DNA of 35,878 nucleotides from a virus (Duplodnaviria; Heunggongvirae; Uroviricota; Caudoviricetes): IMG/VR virus record IMGVR_UViG_2684622775_000005; one strand, 5' to 3'. Shown piece by piece: positions 27,641 to 35,878 of this stretch (position 1 is its first letter; each line of letters starts with the position of its first letter). The notes under the pieces were generated by a model. It saw only the letters and a program-made list of their open reading frames with translations, ran no database searches and was not told where the DNA came from. The position numbers and the translations under genes were made by a program.

Positions 27641-28831
27641 ATGAGTGACTATCATCACGGCGTGCAGGTGCTGGAGATTAACGACGGCACCCGCGTCATT
27701 TCCACCGTATCCACGGCCATTGTCGGCATGGTCTGCACGGCCAGCGATGCGGATGCGGAAATCTTCCCCCTCAATAAACCGGTGCTGATTACCAATGTGC
27801 AGAGCGCGATTGCAAAGGCCGGTAAAAAAGGCACGCTGGCGGCATCGTTGCAGGCCATCGCCGACCAGTCAAAACCGGTCACCGTTGTCGTGCGTGTGGA
27901 AGACGGCACCGGCGACGACGAGGAAACGAAACTCGCGCAGACCGTTTCCAATATCATCGGCACCACCGACGAAAACGGTCAGTACACCGGACTGAAAGCC
28001 CTGCTGGCGGCGGAGTCGGTAACTGGTGTTAAACCGCGTATTCTCGGCGTGCCGGGACTGGACACCAAAGAGGTGGCTGTTGCACTGGCATCAGTCTGTC
28101 AGAAGCTGCGCGCTTTCGGGTATATCAGCGCATGGGGCTGTAAAACTATTTCCGAGGTGAAAGCCTACCGCCAGAATTTCAGCCAGCGTGAGCTGATGGT
28201 CATCTGGCCGGATTTCCTCGCATGGGATACGGTCGCCAGTACCACTGCCACCGCGTATACCACCGCCCGTGCGCTGGGTCTACGCGCTAAAATCGACCAG
28301 GAGCAGGGCTGGCATAAAACGCTGTCCAATGTCGGGGTGAACGGTGTTACCGGCATCAGCGCATCTGTATTCTGGGATTTGCAGGAGTCCGGCACCGATG
28401 CTGACCTGCTTAACGAGTCAGGCGTCACAACGCTGATTCGCCGTGACGGTTTCCGCTTCTGGGGTAACCGTACCTGCTCTGATGACCCGCTGTTCCTCTT
28501 TGAAAACTACACCCGCACCGCGCAGGTGCTGGCCGATACGATGGCTGAGGCGCACATGTGGGCGGTGGACAAGCCCATAACCGCAACGCTGATTCGCGAC
28601 ATCGTTGACGGCATCAATGCCAAATTCCGAGAGCTGAAAACAAACGGCTATATCGTGGATGCGACCTGCTGGTTCAGCGAAGAATCCAACGATGCGGAAA
28701 CCCTCAAGGCCGGAAAACTGTATATCGACTACGACTATACCCCGGTGCCTCCTCTTGAAAACCTGACCCTGCGCCAGCGTATTACCGATAAATACCTGGC
28801 AAATCTGGTCACCTCGGTTAACAGCAATTAA
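27641..28831 (+). CDS. FI: tail sheath protein FI (396 aa)
   Basis: Size and order. Confidence 0.95.
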   Translation: MSDYHHGVQVLEINDGTRVISTVSTAIVGMVCTASDADAEIFPLNKPVLITNVQSAIAKAGKKGTLAASLQAIADQSKPVTVVVRVEDGTGDDEETKLAQTVSNIIGTTDENGQYTGLKALLAAESVTGVKPRILGVPGLDTKEVAVALASVCQKLRAFGYISAWGCKTISEVKAYRQNFSQRELMVIWPDFLAWDTVASTTATAYTTARALGLRAKIDQEQGWHKTLSNVGVNGVTGISASVFWDLQESGTDADLLNESGVTTLIRRDGFRFWGNRTCSDDPLFLFENYTRTAQVLADTMAEAHMWAVDKPITATLIRDIVDGINAKFRELKTNGYIVDATCWFSEESNDAETLKAGKLYIDYDYTPVPPLENLTLRQRITDKYLANLVTSVNSN

Positions 28832-28843
28832 GGAGCCTGACCG

Positions 28844-29362
28844 ATGGCAATGCCGCGCAAACTCAAGTTAATGAACGTCTTTCTGAACGGCTACAGCTAT
28901 CAGGGCGTTGCAAAGTCCGTCACGCTGCCAAAACTGACCCGTAAGCTCGAAAACTATCGCGGTGCGGGGATGAACGGCAGCGCACCGGTAGACCTCGGCC
29001 TTGATGACGATGCGCTGTCAATGGAGTGGTCGCTCGGGGGCTTCCCGGATTCGGTTATCTGGGAGCTTTACGCCGCAACCGGTGTGGATGCTGTGCCGAT
29101 TCGTTTTGCAGGCTCTTACCAGCGCGACGATACCGGCGAAACGGTGGCCGTCGAGGTGGTCATGCGTGGACGTCAGAAAGAAATCGACACCGGCGAGGGG
29201 AAACAGGGAGAAGACACCGAGTCGAAAATCTCCGTGGTCTGCACCTATTTCCGGCTGACGATGGACGGTAAGGAGCTGGTCGAAATCGACACCATCAACA
29301 TGATTGAGAAGGTGAACGGCGTCGACCGGCTGGAGCAACACCGCCGCAATATCGGCCTGTGA
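28844..29362 (+). CDS. FII: tail tube protein FII (172 aa)
   Basis: Size and order. Confidence 0.95.
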   Translation: MAMPRKLKLMNVFLNGYSYQGVAKSVTLPKLTRKLENYRGAGMNGSAPVDLGLDDDALSMEWSLGGFPDSVIWELYAATGVDAVPIRFAGSYQRDDTGETVAVEVVMRGRQKEIDTGEGKQGEDTESKISVVCTYFRLTMDGKELVEIDTINMIEKVNGVDRLEQHRRNIGL

Positions 29363-29418
29363 TTTTCATCCGGTCAGCCAGGCTGACCGGTTACCCCCGA
29401 TTCAGAAGTGAGAAAACC

Positions 29419-29694
29419 ATGAACAAAGAAAATGTCATTACCCTGGACAATCCGGTCAAACGTGGTGAGCAGGTTATCGAACAGGTCACGCTGATGAAAC
29501 CTAACGCCGGGACGCTGCGCGGTGTCAGTCTGGCTGCGGTTGCAAACTCCGAAGTCGATGCACTGATTAAAGTGCTGCCGCGCATGACGGCACCGATGCT
29601 GACCGAGCAGGAAGTCGCCGCGCTGGAACTGCCTGACCTTGTGGCGCTGGCCGGTAAGGTGGTCGGTTTTTTGTCGCCGAACTCGGTGCAGTGA
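29419..29694 (+). CDS. E: tail assembly chaperone E (91 aa)
   Basis: ATG at 29419 within the tracked ORF; 91 aa; located between FII and T. Confidence 0.85.
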   Translation: MNKENVITLDNPVKRGEQVIEQVTLMKPNAGTLRGVSLAAVANSEVDALIKVLPRMTAPMLTEQEVAALELPDLVALAGKVVGFLSPNSVQ

Positions 29695-29846
29695 CGTTCC
29701 CGAAAAATCTCTCGGTCGATGACCTGATGGCGGATGTGGCAGTGATATTTCACTGGCCGCCATCAGAACTGTATCCCATGAGCCTGACCGAACTCATCAC
29801 ATGGCGCGAAAAGGCGCTCCGGCGAAGCGGAAACACGAATGAGTAA
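29419..29846 (+). CDS. E': tail assembly chaperone E+E' produced by programmed -1 frameshift
   Basis: Slippery GGTTTTTTG at about 29665-29673 near the E 3' end; the -1 frame stays open to TAA at 29844-29846, giving about 142 aa and overlapping the T start. Confidence 0.7.
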
Positions 29847-32286
29847 CAATGTAAAATTACAGGTATTGCTCAGGGCTGTTGACCAGGCATCCCGCCCGTT
29901 TAAATCCATCCGCACAGCGAGCAGGTCGCTGTCGGGGGATATCCGGGAAACACAAAAATCACTGCGCGAGCTGAACGGTCACGCATCCCGTATTGAGGGA
30001 TTCCGCAAGACCAGTGCACAGCTCGCCGTGACTGGTCATGCACTTGAAAAGGCACGGCAGGAGGCCGAAGCCCTTGCCACACAGTTTAAAAATACCGAAC
30101 GTCCAACCCGTGCTCAGGCGAAAGTGCTGGAATCCGCAAAGCGTGCGGCGGAGGACTTACAGGCGAAATATAACCGCCTGACGGATTCTGTTAAACGCCA
30201 GCAGCGGGAACTGGCCGCTGTGGGAATTAATACCCGCAATCTTGCACATGATGAGCAGGGGCTGAAAAACCGTATCAGTGAAACCACCGCACAACTTAAC
30301 CGTCAGCGCGATGCACTGGCGCGTGTCAGTGCACAACAGGCAAAACTTAACGCAGTCAAACAGCGTTATCAGGCAGGAAAGGAACTGGCCGGAAATATGG
30401 CCTCAGTAGGCGCTGCCGGAGTGGGGATTGCGGCGGCGGGAACGATGGCCGGTGTTAAGATACTGATGCCCGGTTATGAGTTTGCGCAGAAAAACTCAGA
30501 ATTGCAGGCCGTGCTCGGAGTGGCAAAAGACTCCGCCGAAATGACCGCACTACGCAAACAGGCGCGCCAGCTCGGCGACAATACCGCCGCCTCGGCGGAT
30601 GATGCGGCCGGTGCACAGATAATCATCGCGAAAGCGGGTGGGGATGTTGATGCCATTCAGGCGGCAACGCCGGTCACGCTGAATATGGCGCTGGCGAACC
30701 GCCGCACGATGGAAGAAAACGCCGCCCTGCTGATGGGGATGAAATCCGCCTTTCAGCTTTCAAACGATAAGGTCGCTCATATCGGGGATGTTCTCTCCAT
30801 GACGATGAACAAAACCGCCGCCGATTTTGACGGCATGAGCGATGCGCTGACCTATGCCGCACCTGTGGCAAAAAATGCCGGTGTCAGCATTGAAGAAACC
30901 GCCGCAATGGTCGGGGCGCTGCATGATGCAAAAATCACAGGCTCAATGGCGGGGACGGGAAGCCGTGCCGTGTTAAGTCGCCTGCAGGCACCGACGGGAA
31001 AAGCATGGGATGCACTCAAAGAGCTTGGCGTGAAAACCTCAGACAGTAAGGGGAATACCCGACCAGTATTTACCATTCTGAAAGAAATGCAGGCCAGTTT
31101 TGAGAAAAATCGGCTCGGTACTGCCCAGCAGGCTGAATACATGAAAACCATTTTCGGGGAGGAGGCCAGCTCATCCGCCGCTGTGCTGATGACTGCCGCC
31201 TCAACCGGAAAGCTGGACAAACTGACCGCTGCGTTTAAAGCCTCAGACGGGAAGACCGCAGAGCTGGTAAATATCATGCAGGACAATCTCGGCGGTGACT
31301 TTAAGGAGTTTCAGTCCGCTTATGAGGCGGTGGGGACTGACCTGTTTGACCAGCAGGAAGGCGCACTGCGTAAGCTCACGCAGACGGCCACAATGTATGT
31401 GTTAAAACTCGACGGCTGGATCCAGAAAAACAAATCACTGGCGTCAACCATCGGCATTATTGCCGGTGGTGCACTGGCGCTGACTGGCATCATTGGTGCC
31501 ATTGGCCTCGTAGCCTGGCCGGTTATCACCGGCATCAATGCTATTATCGCGGCAGCAGGCGCAATGGGGGCAATCTTCACGACGGTTGGCAGTGCTGTTA
31601 TGACGGCCATCGGGGCGATTAGCTGGCCGGTTGTGGCCGTGGTGGCCGCCATTGTCGCCGGGGCGTTGCTTATCCGTAAATACTGGGAGCCTGTCAGCGC
31701 ATTCTTCGGCGGTGTGGTTGAAGGGCTGAAAGCGGCATTTGCGCCGGTGGGGGAACTGTTCACGCCACTTAAACCGGTGTTTGACTGGCTGGGCGAAAAG
31801 TTACAGGCCGCGTGGCAGTGGTTTAAAAACCTGATTGCCCCGGTTAAAGCCACCCAGGACACCCTGAACCGTTGCCGTGACACGGGCGTCATGTTCGGGC
31901 AGGCACTGGCTGACGCGTTGATGCTGCCGCTTAATGCGTTCAACAAACTGCGCAGTGGTATTGACTGGGTACTGGAAAAACTCGGTGTTATCAACAAAGA
32001 GTCAGACACACTTGACCAGACCGCCGCAAGGACTCATGCCGCCACGTATGGCACCGGTGGTTATATTCCGGCGACCAGCTCTTATGCAGGCTATCAGGCT
32101 TATCAGCCGGTTACGGCACCGGCTGGCCGCTCTTATGTGGACCAGAGTAAAAACGAATATCACATCAACCTGACGGGCGGTACTGCGCCGGGGACACAGC
32201 TTGACCGCCAGTTACAGGATGCGCTCGAAAAATACGAGCGGGATAAACGTGCGCGCGCCCGTGCCAGCATGATGCATGACGGTTAA
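29839..32286 (+). CDS. T: tail tape measure protein T (815 aa)
   Basis: Size, order, Ala/Gly-rich and hydrophobic central segments. Confidence 0.9.
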   Translation: MSNNVKLQVLLRAVDQASRPFKSIRTASRSLSGDIRETQKSLRELNGHASRIEGFRKTSAQLAVTGHALEKARQEAEALATQFKNTERPTRAQAKVLESAKRAAEDLQAKYNRLTDSVKRQQRELAAVGINTRNLAHDEQGLKNRISETTAQLNRQRDALARVSAQQAKLNAVKQRYQAGKELAGNMASVGAAGVGIAAAGTMAGVKILMPGYEFAQKNSELQAVLGVAKDSAEMTALRKQARQLGDNTAASADDAAGAQIIIAKAGGDVDAIQAATPVTLNMALANRRTMEENAALLMGMKSAFQLSNDKVAHIGDVLSMTMNKTAADFDGMSDALTYAAPVAKNAGVSIEETAAMVGALHDAKITGSMAGTGSRAVLSRLQAPTGKAWDALKELGVKTSDSKGNTRPVFTILKEMQASFEKNRLGTAQQAEYMKTIFGEEASSSAAVLMTAASTGKLDKLTAAFKASDGKTAELVNIMQDNLGGDFKEFQSAYEAVGTDLFDQQEGALRKLTQTATMYVLKLDGWIQKNKSLASTIGIIAGGALALTGIIGAIGLVAWPVITGINAIIAAAGAMGAIFTTVGSAVMTAIGAISWPVVAVVAAIVAGALLIRKYWEPVSAFFGGVVEGLKAAFAPVGELFTPLKPVFDWLGEKLQAAWQWFKNLIAPVKATQDTLNRCRDTGVMFGQALADALMLPLNAFNKLRSGIDWVLEKLGVINKESDTLDQTAARTHAATYGTGGYIPATSSYAGYQAYQPVTAPAGRSYVDQSKNEYHINLTGGTAPGTQLDRQLQDALEKYERDKRARARASMMHDG

Positions 32287-32300
32287 GGAGGTGACGAAAA

Positions 32301-32780
32301 ATGATGCTCGCGTTAGGTATGTTTGTTTTTATGCGCCCGACGCTGCCACACCAGACCATGCAGCGTGAATCAGATTATCGCTGGCCGTCAAATTCCCGTA
32401 TCGGTAAACGGGATGCCTTTCAGTTTCTCGGTGTGGGTGAGGAAAACATTACGCTTGCCGGTGTGCTTTATCCCGAACTGACCGGCGGCAAGCTGACGAT
32501 GACCACGCTCAGGCTGATGGCAGAGGAAGGCCGGGCGTGGCCGTTGCTGGATGGCACCGGCATGATTTACGGCATGTATGTCATCAGCAGGGTGAGTGAA
32601 ACAGGGAGTATTTTCTTTGCAGACGGCACACCCCGGAAAATTGATTTTACGCTGTCGCTCACCCGCGTTGATGAATCACTGGCCGCGCATTATGGCGATA
32701 TCGGTAAACAGGCGGAATCGCTCATCGGTAAGGCTGGCAGTATGGCGACCAGATTCACGGGTATGACGGGGGCGGGATAA
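32301..32780 (+). CDS. U: tail protein U (159 aa)
   Basis: Size and order. Confidence 0.9.
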   Translation: MMLALGMFVFMRPTLPHQTMQRESDYRWPSNSRIGKRDAFQFLGVGEENITLAGVLYPELTGGKLTMTTLRLMAEEGRAWPLLDGTGMIYGMYVISRVSETGSIFFADGTPRKIDFTLSLTRVDESLAAHYGDIGKQAESLIGKAGSMATRFTGMTGAG

Positions 32781-33943
32781 TGCTGGATGCGCTGACATTT
32801 GATGCAGGCAGTACGCTGACGCCGGATTACATGCTGATGCTCGACAGCAGGGATATTACCGGCAATATCAGTGACCGTCTGATGAGCATGACCCTGACGG
32901 ATAACCGGGGCTTTGAGGCTGACCAGCTTGATATTGAACTGAACGATGCCGACGGGCAGGTCGGGCTGCCGGTTCGTGGCGCTGTCCTGACGGTGTATAT
33001 CGGCTGGAAAGGTTTTGCCCTGGTATGCAAAGGGAAATTTACCGTTGATGAGGTTGAACACCGGGGCGCACCGGATGTGGTCACCATCCGCGCCCGGAGT
33101 GCAGATTTCCGCGGGACGCTCAATTCCCGCCGTGAAGGCTCCTGGCATGACACCACGCTCGGTGCGATTGTTGAGGCGATAGCCTCCCGTAACAGGCTGG
33201 AAGCCAGTGTCGCGCCGTCACTGGCCGGAATTAAAATCCCGCACATCGACCAGTCGCAGGAGTCTGATGCGAAATTCCTGACCCGCCTTGCTGAACGCAA
33301 CGGCGGTGAGGTGTCGGTAAAAATGGGAAAACTGTTGTTTCTCAAAGCGGGGCAGGGGGTGACGGCCAGCGGTAAAAAAATCCCGCAGATTACCATCACC
33401 CGCAGCGACGGTGACCGTCATCATTTTGCGATTGCTGACCGTGGAGCCTATACCGGCGTAACGGCAAAGTGGCTTCACACCAAAGACCCGAAGCCGCAAA
33501 AGCAGAAGGTAAAACTGAAACGCAAAAAGAAAGAGAAACACCTGCGCGCACTGGAGCACCCGAAAGCGAAACCAGTCACGCAGAAGAAAGCGCCAAAAGT
33601 ACCGGAAGCGCGCGAAGGTGAATACATGGCCGGTGAGGCTGACAACGTTTTTGCCCTGACCACGGTATATGCCACGAAAGCACAGGCCATGCGCGCCGCT
33701 CAGGCGAAGTGGGATAAACTGCAACGGGGTGTTGCGGAGTTCTCCATCAGCCTGGCTACTGGTCGGGCTGATATTTATACGGAAACGCCGGTCAGAGTGT
33801 CAGGCTTTAAGCGCGTCATAGACGAGCAGGACTGGACAATCACTAAGGTGACACATTTTCTGAATAATAGCGGCTTCACGACGTCCTTAGAGCTTGAGGT
33901 CAGGCTTTCTGATGTGGAGTACGAAACAGAAGATGATGAGTGA
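32780..33943 (+). CDS. D: tail protein D (387 aa)
   Basis: Size and order. Confidence 0.9.
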   Translation: MLDALTFDAGSTLTPDYMLMLDSRDITGNISDRLMSMTLTDNRGFEADQLDIELNDADGQVGLPVRGAVLTVYIGWKGFALVCKGKFTVDEVEHRGAPDVVTIRARSADFRGTLNSRREGSWHDTTLGAIVEAIASRNRLEASVAPSLAGIKIPHIDQSQESDAKFLTRLAERNGGEVSVKMGKLLFLKAGQGVTASGKKIPQITITRSDGDRHHFAIADRGAYTGVTAKWLHTKDPKPQKQKVKLKRKKKEKHLRALEHPKAKPVTQKKAPKVPEAREGEYMAGEADNVFALTTVYATKAQAMRAAQAKWDKLQRGVAEFSISLATGRADIYTETPVRVSGFKRVIDEQDWTITKVTHFLNNSGFTTSLELEVRLSDVEYETEDDE

Positions 33944-34024
33944 TGTAATTTATTTATCTGTTTGTTTTATAAGGATAAATTAACTAAAATGGCACCATCA
34001 ACAAAACAGGAAGAGGTGCTCGCG

Positions 34025-34243
34025 ATGTTTCATTGTCCTTTATGCCAGCATGCCGCACATGCGCGTACAAGTCGCTATATCACTGACACGACAAAAGAGC
34101 GTTATCACCAGTGTCAGAACGTGAATTGCAGCGCCACGTTCATCACTTATGAGTCGGTACAGCGATACATCGTGAAGCCGGGAGAAGTTCACGCCGTAAG
34201 GCCGCACCCGTTGCCGTCAGGGCAGCAAATTATGTGGATGTAA
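34025..34243 (+). CDS. ogr: late-gene transcription activator Ogr (zinc-finger, 72 aa)
   Basis: MFHCPLCQHAAHARTSRY...CQNVNCSATF: a CxxC...(22)...CxxxxC arrangement; last phage gene before attR. Confidence 0.85.
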   Translation: MFHCPLCQHAAHARTSRYITDTTKERYHQCQNVNCSATFITYESVQRYIVKPGEVHAVRPHPLPSGQQIMWM

Positions 34244-34253
34244 TTAGAAACAG

Positions 34254-34280
34254 GAAGCCCCTCAGTCGAGGGGCTTTTTT
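34254..34280 (+). terminator. intrinsic terminator downstream of ogr
   Basis: AGCCCCTC-agtc-GAGGGGCT followed by TTTTTTT. Confidence 0.65.
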
Positions 34281-34286
34281 TGTCGA

Positions 34287-34308
34287 TGTGGTCAATGTGT
34301 GGACGTGA
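34287..34308. repeat. direct repeats TGTGGTCAATG / TGTGGACGTGA (P arm); candidate Int arm-type sites
   Basis: TGTGG(T/A)C twice, 11 bp apart; resembles the pair at 593-611. Confidence 0.5.
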
Positions 34309-34345
34309 CCAGAAATAAATCCTTTTATTTCAATTTGTTGTACGT

Positions 34346-34372
34346 AAAAAATAAGCCCGTGTAAGGGAGATT
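34346..34372. other. attR core (27 bp)
   Basis: Identical to 477-503. Confidence 0.85.
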
Positions 34373-34432
34373 ACACAGGCTAAGGAGGTGGTTCCTGGTA
34401 CAGCTAGCATTTTATGGGTTATGTTTTTCAGC
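34346..34432 (-). ncRNA. cyaR: sRNA CyaR (RyeE); 3' terminator hairpin contains the phage att core
   Basis: The minus-strand sequence reads GCTGAAAAACATAACCCATAAAATGCTAGCTGTACCAGGAACCACCTCCTTAGCCTGTGTAATCTCCCTTACACGGGCTTATTTTTT, which matches my recollection of E. coli CyaR; it ends in a stem-loop plus U-tract and lies next to yegQ in the same orientation. Confidence 0.75.
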
Positions 34433-34516
34433 GAAACGGATGATAACCTTAATAAATACAGCTGTATGTGATCGGTTTCTAAGAATTTTCCATCCGGGAA
34501 AAATAATCGAAATTAA

Positions 34517-35878
34517 TCACTTACCGTGGGGATTACGCGTGGTTTCCCCGGAGAAATTACGCATCAGCAGCGCGTAATTGAGCTCAAGATCCTGCGGGAC
34601 CGGGAGCCACACAGTATAACCATCGCCTGGTGCTATCGGCATAGCTTCGCCTTTGGCGTTTTCCATGTGCTCAAGGGTAAAATTAATGTTGCCTTGCGGC
34701 GTCATCAGCTCAAGGCTGTCGCCAACGGAGAATTTATTTTTCACCGCTACCGCCGCGAGGTCCCCCTTGCGCTCACCGGTAAACTCACCAACAAACTGCT
34801 GGCGGTCAGAAACTGAATAACCGTATTCGTAGTTCTGATAATCGTCGTGAGTATGACGACGCAGGAAACCTTCGGTATAGCCACGATGCGCCAGACCTTC
34901 CAGAGTTTCCAGCAGGCTGGTATCGAACGGTTTTCCCGCAGCGGCGTCATCGATAGCTTTGCGGTAAACCTGTGCGGTGCGTGCACAATAGTAGAAAGAT
35001 TTGGTACGACCTTCGATTTTCAGCGAATGCACGCCCATTTTGGTCAGGCGTTCTACATGGGCGATGGCGCGCAGATCTTTCGAGTTCATGATGTAAGTGC
35101 CGTGCTCATCTTCAAACGCGGTCATATACTCGCCCGGACGCTGGGCCTCTTCGATCATAAACACTTTGTCGGTTGGTGCGCCGATACCCAGCGTCGGCTC
35201 AACATTTTGCACCGGAATCGGCTCGTACTTGTGTACGATGTTGCCAACATCATCTTCTTTCCCTTCCTGGACGTTGTACTCCCAGCGGCAGGCGTTGGTG
35301 CAGGTGCCCTGGTTCGGGTCGCGCTTGTTGATATAGCCAGAGAGCAGGCAGCGACCGGAGTAGGCCATGCACAGCGCGCCGTGAACGAAGATCTCGATCT
35401 CCATATCCGGCACCTGATTGCGGATCTCTTCAATCTCTTCCAGCGACAGCTCGCGAGAGAGGATCACGCGGGTCAGGCCCATTTGCTGCCAGAATTTCAC
35501 CGTCGCCCAGTTCACGGCGTTAGCCTGCACCGAAAGGTGGATCGGCATTTCAGGGAAGTGCTCACGCACCAGCATAATCAGCCCTGGATCGGACATAATC
35601 AGCGCATCCGGCCCCATTTCCACCACCGGTTTCAGGTCACGGATAAAGGTTTTCAGCTTGGCGTTGTGCGGTGCAATGTTGACCACGACATAAAACTTTT
35701 TCCCCAGCGCGTGGGCTTCATTGATGCCGAGCTGAAGATTTTCGTGGTTGAATTCGTTGTTGCGCACACGCAGGGAATAACGCGGCTGGCCCGCATAAAC
35801 AGCATCTGCGCCATAAGCGAAAGCGTAACGCATATTTTTCAGCGTTCCCGCCGGGGAAAGGAGTTCCGGTTTAAACAT
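34517..35878 (-). CDS. yegQ: peptidase U32 family protein YegQ (453 aa)
   Basis: 453-aa ORF whose start codon coincides with the window end; collagenase/U32-like sequence; known neighbour of cyaR in E. coli. Confidence 0.85.
   Translation of the reverse strand: MFKPELLSPAGTLKNMRYAFAYGADAVYAGQPRYSLRVRNNEFNHENLQLGINEAHALGKKFYVVVNIAPHNAKLKTFIRDLKPVVEMGPDALIMSDPGLIMLVREHFPEMPIHLSVQANAVNWATVKFWQQMGLTRVILSRELSLEEIEEIRNQVPDMEIEIFVHGALCMAYSGRCLLSGYINKRDPNQGTCTNACRWEYNVQEGKEDDVGNIVHKYEPIPVQNVEPTLGIGAPTDKVFMIEEAQRPGEYMTAFEDEHGTYIMNSKDLRAIAHVERLTKMGVHSLKIEGRTKSFYYCARTAQVYRKAIDDAAAGKPFDTSLLETLEGLAHRGYTEGFLRRHTHDDYQNYEYGYSVSDRQQFVGEFTGERKGDLAAVAVKNKFSVGDSLELMTPQGNINFTLEHMENAKGEAMPIAPGDGYTVWLPVPQDLELNYALLMRNFSGETTRNPHGK

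Larger units (their letters stand above)
477..34372. mobile_element. P2-like (Peduovirus-type) prophage, apparently complete, bounded by attL and attR
   Basis: Identical 27-bp direct repeats at both ends; full P2 gene order and gene sizes between them; cos site present; integrase adjacent to attL. Confidence 0.9.

Noticed and set aside
31320-32009. 229-aa minus-strand ORF, plus 30852-31286 and smaller ones
   Set aside because: Antisense within the tape measure gene T; low-complexity Ala/Ser/Thr-rich translation typical of spurious reverse frames.
32827-33399. 190-aa and 168-aa minus-strand ORFs inside gene D
   Set aside because: Antisense to a well-supported structural gene; no start context or independent signal.
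477-34372. Calling the element phage P2 itself
   Set aside because: The backbone proteins look P2-like from recall, but H is longer with extra repeats and all three cargo loci differ in size and content from my recollection of P2 tin/old, orf30 and Z/fun; a P2-like relative is the safer call without alignment.

Overview
The window is almost entirely one apparently complete P2-like (Peduovirus-type) temperate prophage of about 33.9 kb, integrated into the 3' end of the sRNA gene cyaR next to yegQ, the Escherichia-type P2 locI arrangement. Identical 27-bp att cores (AAAAAATAAGCCCGTGTAAGGGAGATT) lie at 477-503 and 34346-34372. The backbone is syntenic with P2: int-C (minus) / cox-orf78-B-orf80..83-A (plus), cos, Q-P (minus) divergent from O-N-M-L-X-Y-K-lysA-lysB-lysC-R-S, then V-W-J-I-H-G, then FI-FII-E/E'-T-U-D-ogr. 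Gene sizes match P2 except H (749 aa, four tandem 44-aa repeats). Three visibly AT-rich cargo islands sit where P2 carries its non-essential tin/old, orf30 and Z/fun genes, and these are the candidates for a defence or undescribed system: (1) 6671-8878, one 735-aa RloC/PrrC-like P-loop ATPase with a CPFC hook and a possible C-terminal nuclease; (2) 18634-19707, one membrane-anchored protein of unknown function; (3) 25213-25941 and 26370-27140, two convergent unknown genes, each bracketed by the same pair of short conserved motifs, suggesting stacked exchangeable cassettes. Host flanks: an AT-rich small lipoprotein gene (1-318) on the left; cyaR and yegQ on the right. No CRISPR array, rRNA or tRNA was seen. 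All identifications rest on reading the sequence and ORF track and on recall of P2 biology; no database search was run, and coordinates of small non-ORF features are hand-counted and may be off by 1-2 nt.
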